Shown in pieces: positions 40,557 through 56,529 of a stretch of DNA of 64,000 nucleotides (positions are counted from its first letter, which is position 1; each line of letters starts with the position of its first letter). This stretch comes from Octopus vulgaris (lineage: Eukaryota). The notes beneath the pieces were generated by a model. That model was not told the DNA's origin. It made no database searches and saw only the letters and a list, made by a program, of their open reading frames with translations. A program made the position numbers and the translations under genes. The stretch is taken from NCBI GenBank assembly GCA_951406725.2, contig OX597828.1, forward strand, positions 17,670,001-17,734,000, given 5' to 3'.

Positions 40557-41149
40557 CATATATATATATATGCCCATATATATGTTTATATAGTTTCTAG
40601 CATAATGATATGGTAACAACACTACGCGAGAAGCAGAATTTAATCTAATAGATCGAAACCCGGTGAAGAGTGGTACTTTACTGTTTCAACGTCTAAAGGT
40701 TAAAGTTAATCAACCGCCGAAATTTGAACTCAGAGCAGAGGAAATGTAAAACAAATACTGCAAGGCATTTTGTCCGAAGCTATAATGACTCTTGCCTTCC
40801 ACAACCTTATGAATACACATACACACACATACACACATACACACATACACACACATACACACACACACACACACACATACACAGACACATTTATATAATT
40901 TGATTCGGTTGTTAAGTTTTGAGTTTTACCTTTTTAAGTCCATCCAAGAGCACAGACTATCAGACACACAGTAGACCTGAGATTGCTTCTTTTTATCAAA
41001 CACATGCCTGAAAGTCCACAATTTTCTATACTTGTGAATAAGGAATGGAAGTGACCAAGTCCTTTTGTTACAAGAATTTACAATTGTTTCATTGATATTC
41101 GATTTTCTGAATGTTGTTATAGAATGTTGTTAAAGAAAAAGGTCAATAA

Positions 41150-41661
41150 ATACTCGCCATTATATTTTTAAACAACCAAATATGAACCATTTTGTTGCAC
41201 AATGCATCTCCATCTTTCCATTAACTTGAAAATACCCTCTTCCCAGAATAGAGGTGGTTTTATGGCAAAGAATTCATCAAGGTATCTTTTTACGTCATCT
41301 AAGGAATTGAAACTTTTACCATTAAAACTATTCTGCAGAGACCTGAATAAGTCGAAATCCGAAGGAGCAATATCTGGTGGATATGGAGGGTGGGGTAACA
41401 CATCCCAGCCGAGCTGCAGCAATTTTTATCTGGTTCCCAGAGCTTCAAGTGCTGAATATGAACTTTCTTATCTTCCATTTTAAAGGGTTACAGAATGAAC
41501 ACAGGTTATAGGAACATAAACCTTCTTCCACGTCAAGATAGCTTAAACTATGCTCTAAATGGAGGTGTAGTCAAATCCTATTTTATGGACTCAACCATGT
41601 TCTAAAACAGTCGAAAGCTAAGCTACTATAAATCGGTACAAACTTTCCGGACAACCCAATA
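41150..41661 (-). mobile_element. Internally deleted mariner element (5' TIR plus transposase C-terminus)
   Basis: LGWDVLPHPPYPPDIAPSDFDLFRSLQN...FWEEGIFKLMERW...NGSY. The minus strand at 41661 begins TATTGGGTTGTCCGGAAAGTT, a mariner-type TIR. Confidence 0.85.
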
Positions 41662-42362
41662 TTTCAGTACATAATTCTCATGACTTCAGTTTGAGACCTC
41701 ACAAATAAATTGTAGCATCCGTTGTTGCATAATATAACATTTTCATAAAGTCGAGTTTCAATGCAACAATTGTATATTAAAGTAATAGGAGAACTTGCTG
41801 ACTCTATACTTCATTTTGTAATTATACTTATCATGTGGTTTATTGGAGTGGTTCTAAATGTATAACCTTTTCGTTAATTTCGTACAGAACCATCAGCTTG
41901 GCTGGATTAGTAAGATGAGTGACGAAATTCCTTGATATATATACCTATACCAGCGCACAGATCCCCCGAAGATAGATCTAACTATTTTCCCATCCATCAG
42001 GAGTTGATGAAATAATTGCCAATTAAGTTTTAGAACGTTATAATTAACCTTAGTCATCCACTGGTTATGAATGCTGGTGCCTATGTTAAAAAATGAATAT
42101 GTATACTCAGTAAATTATTCGAGATATTTTTGTACCATAGCAGTGCGAAAATAATCCAGGTATAACTTGAAAACCAACTTTAGTAGTAACAGTACTACTG
42201 GGGTTGCAGCTGATGAACAATCATAACTTAATTTAATATAAAAGCAATGAATCAACAGAATTAGTAGTTTTTGATGTGACCAAGACATTTTAGATTTTAG
42301 CGAGTGTAGGGTGAGAATAAAAAGATATACGAAAAATAGAACGCTAAATATTGTTAGGTCAT

Positions 42363-42452
42363 TTCTCATTTGATCGCCGACGTTAGGAAATATCGTGCCT
42401 AGTTAGTACTTGCGTGACCGCTTGGAAAAACTGGGTGTTGGAAACAGCTTTT
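42363..42452 (+). pseudogene. 5'-truncated, degenerate 5S rRNA pseudogene
   Basis: ttctcatttgatcgccgacgttagg...gcctagttagtacttg-cgtgaccgcttggaaaaactgggtgttgg aligns by eye with the animal 5S 3' two-thirds (GTTAGTACTTGGATGGGTGACCGCCTGGGAATACCGGGTGTTG), followed by TTTT. Confidence 0.8.
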
Positions 42453-42457
42453 AAAAA

Positions 42458-42657
42458 GGCGCAGATATGACTGTGAGGTAGGAAGCTTACTTCTCTTCTC
42501 AACTTTCTGATTACGGGTTCAGTTCCGCACTGTGGCACCTTGGGCAAGTGACTTCAGCTAAAGCCTCGGGACACCAAAGCTTTCTAAGTAGATTTGGTAG
42601 ATGGAAACTGAAAAACTATGGTGTATATTTATTTATTCGTGTGTGCGTGCGTGTATG

Positions 42658-42713
<56 letters not shown>

Positions 42714-42725
42714 TGTGTCTGTGTG
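42458..42725 (+). mobile_element. tRNA-SINE family A, 5' half
   Basis: ggcgcag...gggttcagttccgcactgtggcaccttgggcaagtg...ggaaactgaaa followed by (TG)n. Confidence 0.75.
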
Positions 42726-42820
42726 TAAGGAGAGTTCTGTTTGTTTTGTTTTTAAGTAAATATCTAGTTAAATTTCAAGGTGTTTAACTTCGCAGTTCTG
42801 TTTGAAATATGATGGAATCA

Positions 42821-42971
42821 TTACTCTTTTACTCTTTTACTCTTTTACTTGTTTCAGTCATTTGACTGCGGCCATGCTTGAGCACCGCCTTTAGTCGAGC
42901 AAATCGACCCCGGGACTTATTCTTTGTAAGCCCAGTACTTATTCTATCGGTCTCTTTTGCCGAACCGCTAA
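42821..42971 (-). mobile_element. tRNA-SINE family A, 3' half
   Basis: (TACTCTTT)n tail and tgactgcggccatgc...gccgaaccgcta. Confidence 0.85.
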
Positions 42972-43039
42972 TATATTTTCCTTCATTTTCTTTCAGATTT
43001 TATCTATTTTCTCATCACTGAACTTGTTGTATTGGCCCC

Positions 43040-43930
43040 ATGTTCACTCTGAGCGAAGAACATATTAGATATGTTATTCCTTACGAATTTCAGAAAGGAA
43101 ATAGTACAACTGTAGCAGCAAAATCACCCCCAAAACACTTATGGTGATGGTATAGTGACTGAACGAAAATGCGGAAGATGGTTTTCGCATTTGAGTAACT
43201 ACGGCCAGTAGGATGAACCAAAAGAATAGCGGCCAAGGCGATTGTATCTTAATGCAATCCTCAGTGTTAGAGTTCGAGAACTAAGCAAAAGTCTCAGTAT
43301 GCGCCATACTACACATTCATCGGCTATTGAAAAGGCTTGGTAAAGTGTTAAAAGTTAGAAAATGGGTCCCACATGATCTCTCTGCAGACAATCGCAAACA
43401 ATATGTTGTCTGCTGTGCGTCATTTCGACCTCGTGAGCTGCAAGTGACATTTTTGGATAGAGTCGTCAATGCAGATGAAAAATGGGTACTTTACCATAAT
43501 GTAAAACGAAACGATCAGTGTTCCAGTCGTAGTGAAGTGCCTGCCCAGCTGCACGGAAGTGGCCTATGTCCAAGAAAGATTCTTCTAAGCGTATGGTGGG
43601 ATATGCGTGGAATAATTCATACGAGCCGCCAGACGATAATTAAGTAATAACAGCCCATGACAGAGGCAAGACGTTTGAAAGCAGCTTTGCAGCAAAAACG
43701 TCTTATCGGTAGCTAATAGAAAAGGAGTCGTCCTTCATTATGATAACGATAGACATCTCACTGCACAAAAGAGGAAAGATCTCGAAAATTATACCTGGAA
43801 AATTATGCTTCATCCACCATATTCTACGAGCGTGGCACATACAGATTAGCATCTCTTTAGAAGTTTGCCAAATCATTTGAGTCGATTAAGACTTACTTCA
43901 AGAGGAGAAATCGAAAATGCATTTTTTATT
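43040..43930 (+). pseudogene. Mariner (DD34D) transposase pseudogene, near full length
   Basis: MFTLSEEHIRYVI.YEFQKG, KWVPHDL, DEKWVLY, LSVWWDMRGII, HDN, HPPYS..A.TD..LFRSL, with many stops and frameshifts. Confidence 0.9.
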
Positions 43931-45893
43931 GTTTATTAAGCCTTAAAATATAGACAAAACTTTCTTTACAAACTGATATACGCATGTGTGTGTGTATGTG
44001 TGTGTGTGTGTTTGTTCCTCACTACCGCTTGACTACCTGTGTTGGTTTGTTTATGTTCCAGTAACTTAGCGGTTCGGAAAAATGGATTGATTAAAATAAG
44101 TATCAGACGTAACAAAACGCTTCGTTACAGTCCGATAACGGAAATAAATAAACGATAAAAGATTTTTCGATATCAGAATAAAGAACATAATTTTTTGTTC
44201 CTCGATTTTATTGCTTATTTTTTTACTTTTTTTTCGTTAATTAATTACTGTAGAAATAAAGATAATAGTTTAAAAAATATCATTTAGAAGAATCTAAAGC
44301 GTTTTTTCATAACAAGAAATTGAGTAAAGAAATAATTCAATACATTAGAACTGTAAAAAAAGGAACATCACAAATGCTTCCTCCATATTGAGAGCTTGCA
44401 TACCATATTTCTCAATACACATTTCATTACATTTACGATATATTTTCAACCAATTTCCTTGAGAACATTGTAAATATTTAAATTTATAATATTCATAATA
44501 TCAGACATTATAGAATTGATTTTTAGAGCATTTTACTTCAGATGTTCATGTTTGTTGCTCGCGTATTTTGCAACCATTAATGGCCCATTAGCTCATCGAA
44601 CGATGATATTATTTTCAGGAAGTGTGTCGTGGGAAGAAATCAGTAGTGCGGATCGGATTTCTCTTCAAATTACAGCTGGAAGTTGCAGATACGTGAAGGA
44701 GAAAGAGTGAAGTGAAGGATCGATCCTATATTGAACACTGTTCTCCGGAAGCTGATGTTCATTCTACAGCAATCGCACCTTTGTTTGTTTAACTTTAAAA
44801 CAAATTTATTCAATATTTTTCTCCTTTTGTTTCAAATACATTTTGTTTTTGTTGCTTTGGTTTCTTTTTCTTTTGATATTCAATTAAAAATGAAATCAGC
44901 TATGGCAAACAGCCCTGTAAATTTGCACTCTAAAATTTCAATACCAAAGAATTGGAGATTCTAAGGGAGGAGGAAAGAGAGAAAAAAAAGCGTCAAGGAT
45001 TTCAGCTTGATTATAATTATTTGTGGCAGCAGCTAAACATTGACAAATAAATCACACTGAAGGAGAAATTTTTCCCCTGATACAAAAATGACTGTCATGT
45101 GAAATGGATGGCCGTGTTTGTCTGTGACTCTTGCCATAAAAGTCAAAGAAAAAATCAAGACAAAGAACAACAAAAATATCTAAATAGCAATTAGCGAGCA
45201 TGCAACCAAATTAATACGGCGATGTTTGTTTCTCTGAGTTATGTGCAAGAATATTATATTTTGGCAGGTATGGTGTGATTAAAACTTCTATTGTTAAAAC
45301 CTGACAGCAAACGCCTCTGTATGAATGAAGGAATGAATGAGAGAATGAATGAGTGAATGAATGAAAAAATTCAAATATTTACAGACAGGATGTGCAAGAA
45401 ATACATTTTCTATCAATGGCCGAGTCCTTTGCAAAGTCAGATTGGCAGCATAAGCAAGCTTGCATTGATTAATGTTAAATATACTAATAAATTTTAAACA
45501 ACAGCGATGACAACCAAAAATTTCATTATATTTGCAGTTATTGTTTTACTTCTCTTACGCTTTTTCTTTAGTTTTATTTTTTCTGTTTTCATTCCATTTG
45601 TCTTTTTCTCTTTTCCATCGTTTTATTTCTTCTCAGATTGCTTATAAAGAAGTAGCAGGAATTTGAAAAAACTTCCAAATATTTCACAATATTCTATTTG
45701 AAGATAATATTTTACTAATATGGTATCTTTCATTTCAAATGCTGAATGGCTGTCATATGAAGAAAAACATACTATGTATGTATGTGTGCGTGTATGCCAG
45801 TGCATGTGCGCGAGCCTTTCTGCGTACATGCATGTTCGTATGAATAGGCATATATGTATTTATACATACATGTGTGCGTGTGAGTGCGCGGTC

Positions 45894-45939
<46 letters not shown>

Positions 45940-45949
45940 GCGCACTCAC

Positions 45950-46005
<56 letters not shown>

Positions 46006-46051
46006 CTACATATACATATATATACAAATATACATATGAATATATATGTAC

Positions 46052-46094
<43 letters not shown>

Positions 46095-46148
46095 TACATA
46101 TGTATATATATATATATTTATATATACATATACATATATAAATAACTA

Positions 46149-46194
<46 letters not shown>

Positions 46195-47199
46195 AATAGA
46201 TACAAAAGGACGGATAGATAGATAGGCAGAAATCGTGAGAGAGAACTAGCGAGATAAAAAGATAAATGAATAAATACATAATTCTTTTCAGATCAATATA
46301 ACATATTCCTGTTTTGTTCATTCTGCCATTCCGGTAGAATATGCAATACCATTGATAACATGATAATCCTGGTAACACAAGCATCATATCTATTTTACAC
46401 TGCCTGAAGAGAAACATAGACCACGACACAATGTTTTTCATCAGAAGGGCTGCTATGGCGTAATATATAACGCATATTTTATTCATGCTGGTGACTTACC
46501 TTTTCTTATTTCCCCATACAGTCTAAGGTTTGTGGACGGAAATTTTGAGCACGGTGAATGGAAAATGTCACGATGAAACTAATTACGATGGATCCCTAAT
46601 TAGGATGTATGATGTTTACAAATCTTGTAAGGTAGATATGTGTGTGTGTTGGTTACTGTTACAGTATAGGTAAGATCATCAAAAAGGTATTCCATCCAGT
46701 GAAACGTAAACATTGTTTAATATACACAATTACAATAGTTTCATGCTTTAAGATACACTAATTTGGCATATTGACATGACATGCCACGTGTCTCAAAATC
46801 ACTTGGGGTAGAAAAAGACGATGATGGCTTCTTATGGTATTGGATCCCAGCTCTGCTGTAAAAATCACAGGTTATTATTTACAACTTATTTGCCTCAAGG
46901 TCCCATATTCCAATAAAGAATTATTCAATCCTCTCTTAAAGTTTTTAAATTTTTATGATGTCAGTAAAATATAAATACCATTATTAAAAGTATAGTTTCT
47001 AATATTAATAGAAAAACTCGAAGTATTCGTTTGGTCCAATCGTAGAACATTTGTCATTTTTACAGGAGATATGGGTTTGAGTTCCACAGGCAACATTCGA
47101 CGTTTTCTATCTAAGCGGATACTTTTTACCCAATATTTACATGGAGGTTTACAGATTATCTGCTTGAAAATCCAACATTCAAAGAAGAAAAACAATAAT

Positions 47200-47572
47200 C
47201 AGCGTGGCTCTGTGATAAGAAGCTTGCTTCTTAAACACATGGTTCGGGATTCAGTCCCACTGCGTGATACCTTGTGTAAGTGTCTTCTACTATAACCTCG
47301 TGCCGACCACAGCCTTCAGAATGGATTTGGTAGACAGAAATTGAAAAAAATGTTCTCGTGTATGTGTGTGTGTGTGTTTGCTCACCACCACCGCTTGACA
47401 ACTGGCGTTGGTGTGTTTACATCCTCGTAACTTAGCAGTTCCACCAAAGAGATCGATAGAATAAGAACTAGGCGTCAAAAATTAATAAGTCCGAGGATCG
47501 ATTTGTTGGGCTAAAACCCTCCACTCCACATGGCCGCAGTCAAATGAATGAAACAAGTAAAAGATAAAAGAT
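47200..47572 (+). mobile_element. tRNA-SINE family A
   Basis: Colinear with 15225-15620. Confidence 0.85.
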
Positions 47573-47698
47573 ATCTAAATATATGCATATAAAGATATAG
47601 CTGTGTGTGTGTGTGTGTAAGCTTGTATTGGATCGTTGTTTTCGTTTTCGGTTCTTAAATTGGTACTTTTATTCCACTTTTGTTTTTTGCTCATTCCT

Positions 47699-47736
<38 letters not shown>

Positions 47737-47777
47737 TTTTGACTCACATACACACTCATACTTTAATGTCTAATATA

Positions 47778-48007
47778 TATTTCTTAACTACCCACAAGGG
47801 GCTATACACAGAGAGGACAAATAAGGACAGACAAACGGATTAAGTCGATTATATTGACCCCAGTGCGTAACTGGTACTTAATTTATCGACCCCGAAAGTA
47901 TGAAAGGCAAAGTCGACCTCGGCGGACGTTGAACTCACAACGTTGCGACAGACGACATACCGCAAAGCATTTCGCCCGGTGCGCTAACGTTTCTGCCAGC
48001 TCGCCGC
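47778..48007 (-). mobile_element. Meta-domain SINE with 17-bp target-site duplication
   Basis: Body gactttgcctttcatactttcggggtcgataaattaagtaccag (minus strand). TSD ctttaatgtctaatata at 47761-47777 and 48008-48024. Confidence 0.9.
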
Positions 48008-48500
48008 CTTTAATGTCTAATATAGCAATGTATCTATGTTAATTCAATGTCTACGATGACCAATAATCATTCGAATGTTGTTGTATGCCATCTCACATCT
48101 AGGATTTTCAGCGTAAAAGGATGTTACATATTACAAGAACGGAAACTGAAATAGGAAAGATAAACCGGTCCACTGAAAGAATACAGTACTTGCACTGCTG
48201 CTTTGATCCATTAATGGTTTTGACACAAAATCTTTGTTACATGAACCATAGAATAAAAAAAATCAGCTTCTTGCCTGTTTAAGACTACACATTATCAAGA
48301 CGACTCAATCCGACCGTTATTCCATTCAGCAATAGGTGTTAGTCTTTAAAAATATTACGAGTTCCATATGGAACCGCGTTGTTCTTTGGTCGTAGTTGTT
48401 ATAGTATTTGTTACTATGGTGTTATTCAGCTCCAAGTCACCGGCGTGAAGAACGATCTATGATAAAAGAGGTTATAGGTATTATTATTTCGTCCCAGGAA

Positions 48501-49118
48501 GGCGGCGAGCTGGCAGAAACGTTAGCAAACCGGGCGAAATGCTTAGCGGTATTTCGTCTGCCGTTACGTTCTGAGTTCAAATTCCGCCGAGGTCGGCTTT
48601 GCCTTTCATCCTTTCGGGGTCGATGAAATAAGTACCAGTTACGCATTGGAGTCGATATAATTGACTTAATCCGTTTGTCTGTCCTTGTTTGTCCTCTCTG
48701 TGTTTAGCCCCTTGTGGGTAGTAAAGAAATAGGTATTTCATCTGCCATTAAGGTTCTAAGTTCAAATTCCGCCGAGGTCGACTTTGCCTTTCATCCTTTC
48801 GGGGTCGATAAATTAAGTACGAGTTACGCACTGGGGTCGATGTAATCGAATCAATTCCTTTGTCTGTCCTTGTTTGTCTCCTCTACGTTTAACCCCTTGT
48901 GGGCAATAAAGAAATAAGAAGCGTTAGCACGCCAGGCGAAATGTTTTGAGGTATTTCGTCTGTCTTTACGTTCTGAGTTCAAATTCCGCCGATATCGACT
49001 TTGTCTTTCATCCTTTCGGGGCCGATAAATTAAGGATCAGTTGCATACTAGAGTAGATCTAATCGATTGGCCCCCTTCCCCCAAAATTTCAGTCCTTGTG
49101 CCTAGAGTAGAAAAGAAT
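48501..49118 (+). mobile_element. Trimeric Meta-domain SINE
   Basis: Three head-to-tail copies of gttcaaattccgccga...ctttcatcctttcgggg.cgat at about 48575, 48760 and 48976. Confidence 0.88.
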
Positions 49119-49349
49119 ATTTCAGTCACGGTGCAATTAAGAGGCAGCATATAACCCAATGTCCTTCGATCATTTTCGAATATGATGAAGTGTGTGGTAT
49201 GAGTGACATTTCGCTACTGTTGTTACGAAGAGGAACAGCAGCATTCTGTGCACGTCCCTATGAAACAATATAGTCATGATTTTAGAATGTTCGCAGCAAT
49301 TTATTCATATAAATGTAATATTTCATTTATACATATATCTTAATTAATA

Positions 49350-49514
49350 GGCGCAGGAGTGGCTGTATGGTAGGTAGCTTGCTTACCAACCACATCGTTC
49401 CGGATTCAGTCCCACTGCGTGGCACGTTGGGCAAGTGTCTTCTGCTATAGTCTCGGGTAGACCAAATCCTTGTGAGTGGATTAAGTAGACGGAAACTGTA
49501 AGAAGCCCGGCAAT

Positions 49515-49557
<43 letters not shown>

Positions 49558-50172
49558 GTGTGTATGTTTGTGTGTCTGTTTGTCTCTACCGACCATCGCT
49601 TGACAATCAATGTTGGTGTCTTTGCCTCCCCATAACTTAGCGATTCGGCAAAAGTGTCCGATAGGATAAGTACTAGGCTTACAAAGACTAAATCTTGGGT
49701 TCGAATTGCTCGACTAAAGACGGTGCTCCAGCATGACTACAGTCAAACGACTAACACAGATAAAAGGTTAAAAGAATATATATATATATATAAAGAAATA
49801 GGGCTGTGTGGTAGAAAGTTTGCTTCTCAACCACGTGGTTCCGGTTTCAGTCCTTACAATTGGATTTCTTAGACGGAAACTGAAAGAAGCCTGTCATATA
49901 CATGCACACATACACACATACACACACACGCACACACATATATATTTATGTGTGTGTCCTTACGTTTATGTTTATGCCATCTCCACCGCTTGACAAGCGA
50001 TGTTGTGTTTATGTCCCAGAAACGTAGCGGTTTGGCAAAGGAGACAGATAGAATAAGTCCCAAGCTTTCAAAGAATAAGTCATGGGATCGATGTCTTCGA
50101 CTAAAAATGCCCTCTAAGGCGGTGACCCAGCATAGCCGCAGTCAAATGAATGAAAGAAGTAAAATAATAAAA
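49350..50172 (+). mobile_element. Two tandem family A SINEs (49350-49776 and 49800-50172)
   Basis: Both colinear with 15225-15620. The second has an internal deletion. Confidence 0.85.
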
Positions 50173-50257
50173 CAATATACATACGTATATATATAATATA
50201 AATAATATATAAATATATGCATATATACATACATATATGTACAGTCCAAGTAAGTTT

Positions 50258-50389
<132 letters not shown>

Positions 50390-50572
50390 TAGATATATAT
50401 ACGATTGTGTGTGATTGTGTATATAGTAATAAAAGAAGAATATATTAATAAAAGGAATTCCAGCCTTGTCTGATTTTCACGTTTTATTTACAATCTTAAA
50501 ATGATATAATATAAGATAATAGAATATAATAAAATAAAATAAAAGAATAGAATGTTAAATGTTCATTCTGAT

Positions 50573-50617
50573 TGAACTAGTACTTTCATGCATTAAATTA
50601 TGCAATCTTCAGGTTCA
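50573..50617 (-). ncRNA. Type I hammerhead ribozyme downstream of a Penelope endonuclease
   Basis: Minus strand reads UGAAC-CUGAAGA-UUGCAU(AAUUUA)AUGCAU-GAAA-GUAC-UA-GUUCA, with intact core, 5-bp stem I and palindromic stem III. Confidence 0.85.
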
Positions 50618-51099
50618 TGTAGTAGTGGTGACAGTCGTGCTTCACAATTTTTTACTGTAGCGAGATGGTTAAATCTGTGCCTTAAATAGAGCTGTGTGGG
50701 CTCTAGATTGCTAGGTTTTGCAAACTGTATTCTGACCAATCAGTGTGTAGCATCACTCAATTACTTAAGCTGATTGGTTGGTTTAGGCGTCACGCTTTGT
50801 TGAACATGTCAAGAGTCCTTTATCTTAACCCTGGCTGAGGCAGCAATTGTTGGGCTATTTTTAGAAATGTTGTAAATAGCCTTTGTCAGCGATTTTTATA
50901 TTTCAATTGTCATCATAATCATTGTCAGCACCTTAATTATTGTTGCTAGTGGTGATGGTGGTGGCAATAGAACTTTTAACCCTAAATAAGATAATTTTCC
51001 TGCTATCTTCATCTTGATCACTTTTAGTATTGTTGTTGTTGTTAGTGGTCATGGTCGTAGCAGTAGAAGTAGTACCTCTAACTATTATTATTATTTTTG

Positions 51100-51375
51100 C
51101 TTATTTAGCTTGGGTTCGAATTTATCAATAAAATTCTTTTCTCTGATTTTCCTCTCGATTTCACTCGGGTTGTGTAATTTGTAGAATGGAAATATTATAT
51201 ATATTTTCCGACCACATATTGCTAGGTGGTTATTCAAAGGTATCTGACGGACCTATGGGTCTCTAATCTGTTGTCGGTGTACGCGTGAGCATTCTGATAG
51301 TGCATTTCCCGTCTGACCTACATATATTTCTTCACAATTTGGGCATTTGATGCAGTAAATTAAATTTTCGCGGTT
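51100..51375 (-). pseudogene. Penelope GIY-YIG endonuclease domain (one in-frame stop)
   Basis: Manual translation: [52 protein letters not shown]...IFPFYKL...ERKIREKNFIDKFEPKLNK (LIY/YVG, CxxC, H, E, P.LN). Confidence 0.88.
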
Positions 51376-51383
51376 TTTGTGTT

Positions 51384-51730
<347 letters not shown>

Positions 51731-51778
51731 AAATATAATATACATACACACACACAGACACACACACACACGCGCACA

Positions 51779-51825
<47 letters not shown>

Positions 51826-52636
51826 GAAATGAAAATAAGGAAACGTAAACGAGATTTTCTCCATAAATTCTTTATTAATTTGAGGGGTTCTGTTTTCTTT
51901 TACTGAATTCTAAAGTGACCTAAATTGAAGAGAGAAGACAGAAAAACATGTCCGCTAGAAATACTTTCTGAAATGAGAAAATATAACATCACAGAAAGGA
52001 TTATATGATAAATGGTGCATGACAGATTTGAAATGAAAAACAAAACAAAAAGATAATATATAATAAACGGTGTTTTGTGTTGGAAAATCAGTATCGATGA
52101 GTGATAGAAAACTACAGCAGAGAAGGAGAATTAGAGATTGAGAGATGTAGATATATATGCAGAGAGAGAGAGTATGAGAGTGAGGGAGCACATATGAGAT
52201 AGAAAAATGAAGATGGAAGAAAACTGCAAGAATTTGATGGAAGAAGGCAAAATGGATTAGAAGAAAGTCAATATAAATTAAACGATGAGGAAAGAGTAGG
52301 ATTGTAGATCTTTCAACCGTGATAGGAATTGATCATCCTTGAAATGCCATAATTTTATTTGTAACCATTTCATCATTCAATCGCTTCTGAAGGTGTCACT
52401 TTCTGACAAACAATAACAGCTAGAGTGAAGAAAAAAATAATCTAAAATAATATAAAACAAAAGCTCGCATAGACTTCGACCTTTATCAAATAAGATCAGA
52501 GTTACAGATGATAAACAGAAGTAAATTTGTAAATATACTATGTAATAAATGTTATACCTTGTCCATTTAAAATGATATATGTATAGGTAGGTATATGCAT
52601 ATAGATAAATATCTGTGTATGTCTGTCTATATATAG

Positions 52637-52680
<44 letters not shown>

Positions 52681-53097
52681 AAATGGATGTCCTATACAAA
52701 CAGACGATCATACAGACACAAGCACACGCATTTTACATACATGCATATATATTATTACTATATAATATATAACATTGAATACATACATGCACATATATAT
52801 GAGTGCGTATGTATATATATATATACGCGTGTGTGAATGTAAAGACGCATATATAAAAATATATATACATATGTATATTTATATATATATATAAACATAA
52901 ATATATATATACACATACATACATACATACATATATATTCACATACAGTTATATATATTTACACAAATACGTATATATATATACATATATATATACATAT
53001 ACATTCATACATATGCACATACACACATAATTATATACATCTATACACAGACATATATATATATATACATATATACATATATATATACATACTTATA

Positions 53098-53144
<47 letters not shown>

Positions 53145-53151
53145 GTATATA

Positions 53152-54971
<1,820 letters not shown>

Positions 54972-55679
54972 TATAAATACATATATATATATACATACAT
55001 ACATATACATACATACATGCAAACATACTTAACTCCCTTTCTAGACTTCTTTACTCGTATAGTATTTGGCTAGATAATTAATTACGACCTACAGCACCTA
55101 TTTCTGTCTATGAATATTTGACCTATTCTTTACAAAATATACTAAATTTAAAAACTTTATAAAGCAGAAATTACTTCCAAGTACTAGTACTACCCACCAA
55201 TGTACTAAAAACCTTAAGTCGAAAATAGAATTGTCGGTTAAGTAAAAAGTAAATATGAATTTAAAGAATTATATTCCTCCTTATTTGGTATTTCCCAACG
55301 TAAATACAAATACAGGTTGACCAGTAAAAACAACTTTGTAAGAAGGTTTCAGTAGAGACGCATGTTGCATTTCATACAGAGGATGAGAGATTTAATTTTA
55401 CATATATTAGCACCCACATACAATATAATTTTTAGTCTAGATTCAAATAACCGTGACTGGAGGAATGGATATAGAGGATATGGAGAAACGGATTTTGGTC
55501 GAAATCTATGGAATTCTCATCAAGACCTATCAGAATTTTGATGTGAGTGCGCGTGTTCAAAGAAATGCTTATCTACCTTTTACGGAATTTGTTTTTTTTT
55601 AGACTAAATAAAGTACGCCGTTGCTTCTAATTAGCATAGTTTATATTTTTGTTGGTTAATTAGCCGCAGTCATTGTTGA

Positions 55680-56488
55680 GTCCGCTTTTTTCTTTGAAAC
55701 CGTGTGATTTTGGGTTGAGTTCCATTGTGCGACAGGACGCTTTTGGCAAATGTCTTCTACGATAATCTAGGGTCCACCAATGCCTTTCCAGGGAATTTGG
55801 TAGACGGGAAACGTTAGAAGCCCGTCATATATATATACATATGTATATAAAGATGTATAAATATTAAAATAATTAATAGTAATGCTATGCAAATTCGTAA
55901 TAATTTTTCATTGTTGACATATAAAATTGTCGATGTATATATTTATTCTTTTATGTTTTTCAATCATTTGACTGTGGCCATACTGGAGCAAGCCCTTTAG
56001 TCGAACAAATCGACACAAGAACTTATTCTATATAAGCCTAGTACGTATTCTATCGGTCAGTTTTGCCGGACCGCTACGTGACGGGGACATAAACACACCA
56101 GCATCTGTTGTCAAGCAATGGTAGGGGTACAAACACAGACATACAAACATATATTTATGAACATGGAACAAAAACGCAATAGAGAACATTGAAATATTCG
56201 GACAGATAAACGATACAAAGGCAGACAAGTGAAACATCAATTAGAAGGACAGGCAAAAATGTCGGGTCATTCGTGGCTTTCTTTCCTCAGTCAAGTTCCA
56301 AAAGTCACGACCATTTCGGGCATTTACACTTGAAATGGTTCGATCTGGTTGCCCCCAAAGAAGTATAAGCTAAGAGTATTAGACCCCGTTGTAACAAAGC
56401 TAACGAATGTGTACGGCAGCAAAGACAAAAACGAACAAACGGAGACAGCAAAAATATTCGAGTACTATTTATGTACTTACACAGAGTG

Positions 56489-56529
<41 letters not shown>

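Noticed and set aside
46290-46500. Possible exon after ttttcag, and the 122-aa minus ORF
   Set aside because: Frames close quickly, no homology is recognised, and the ORF runs into (TA)n.
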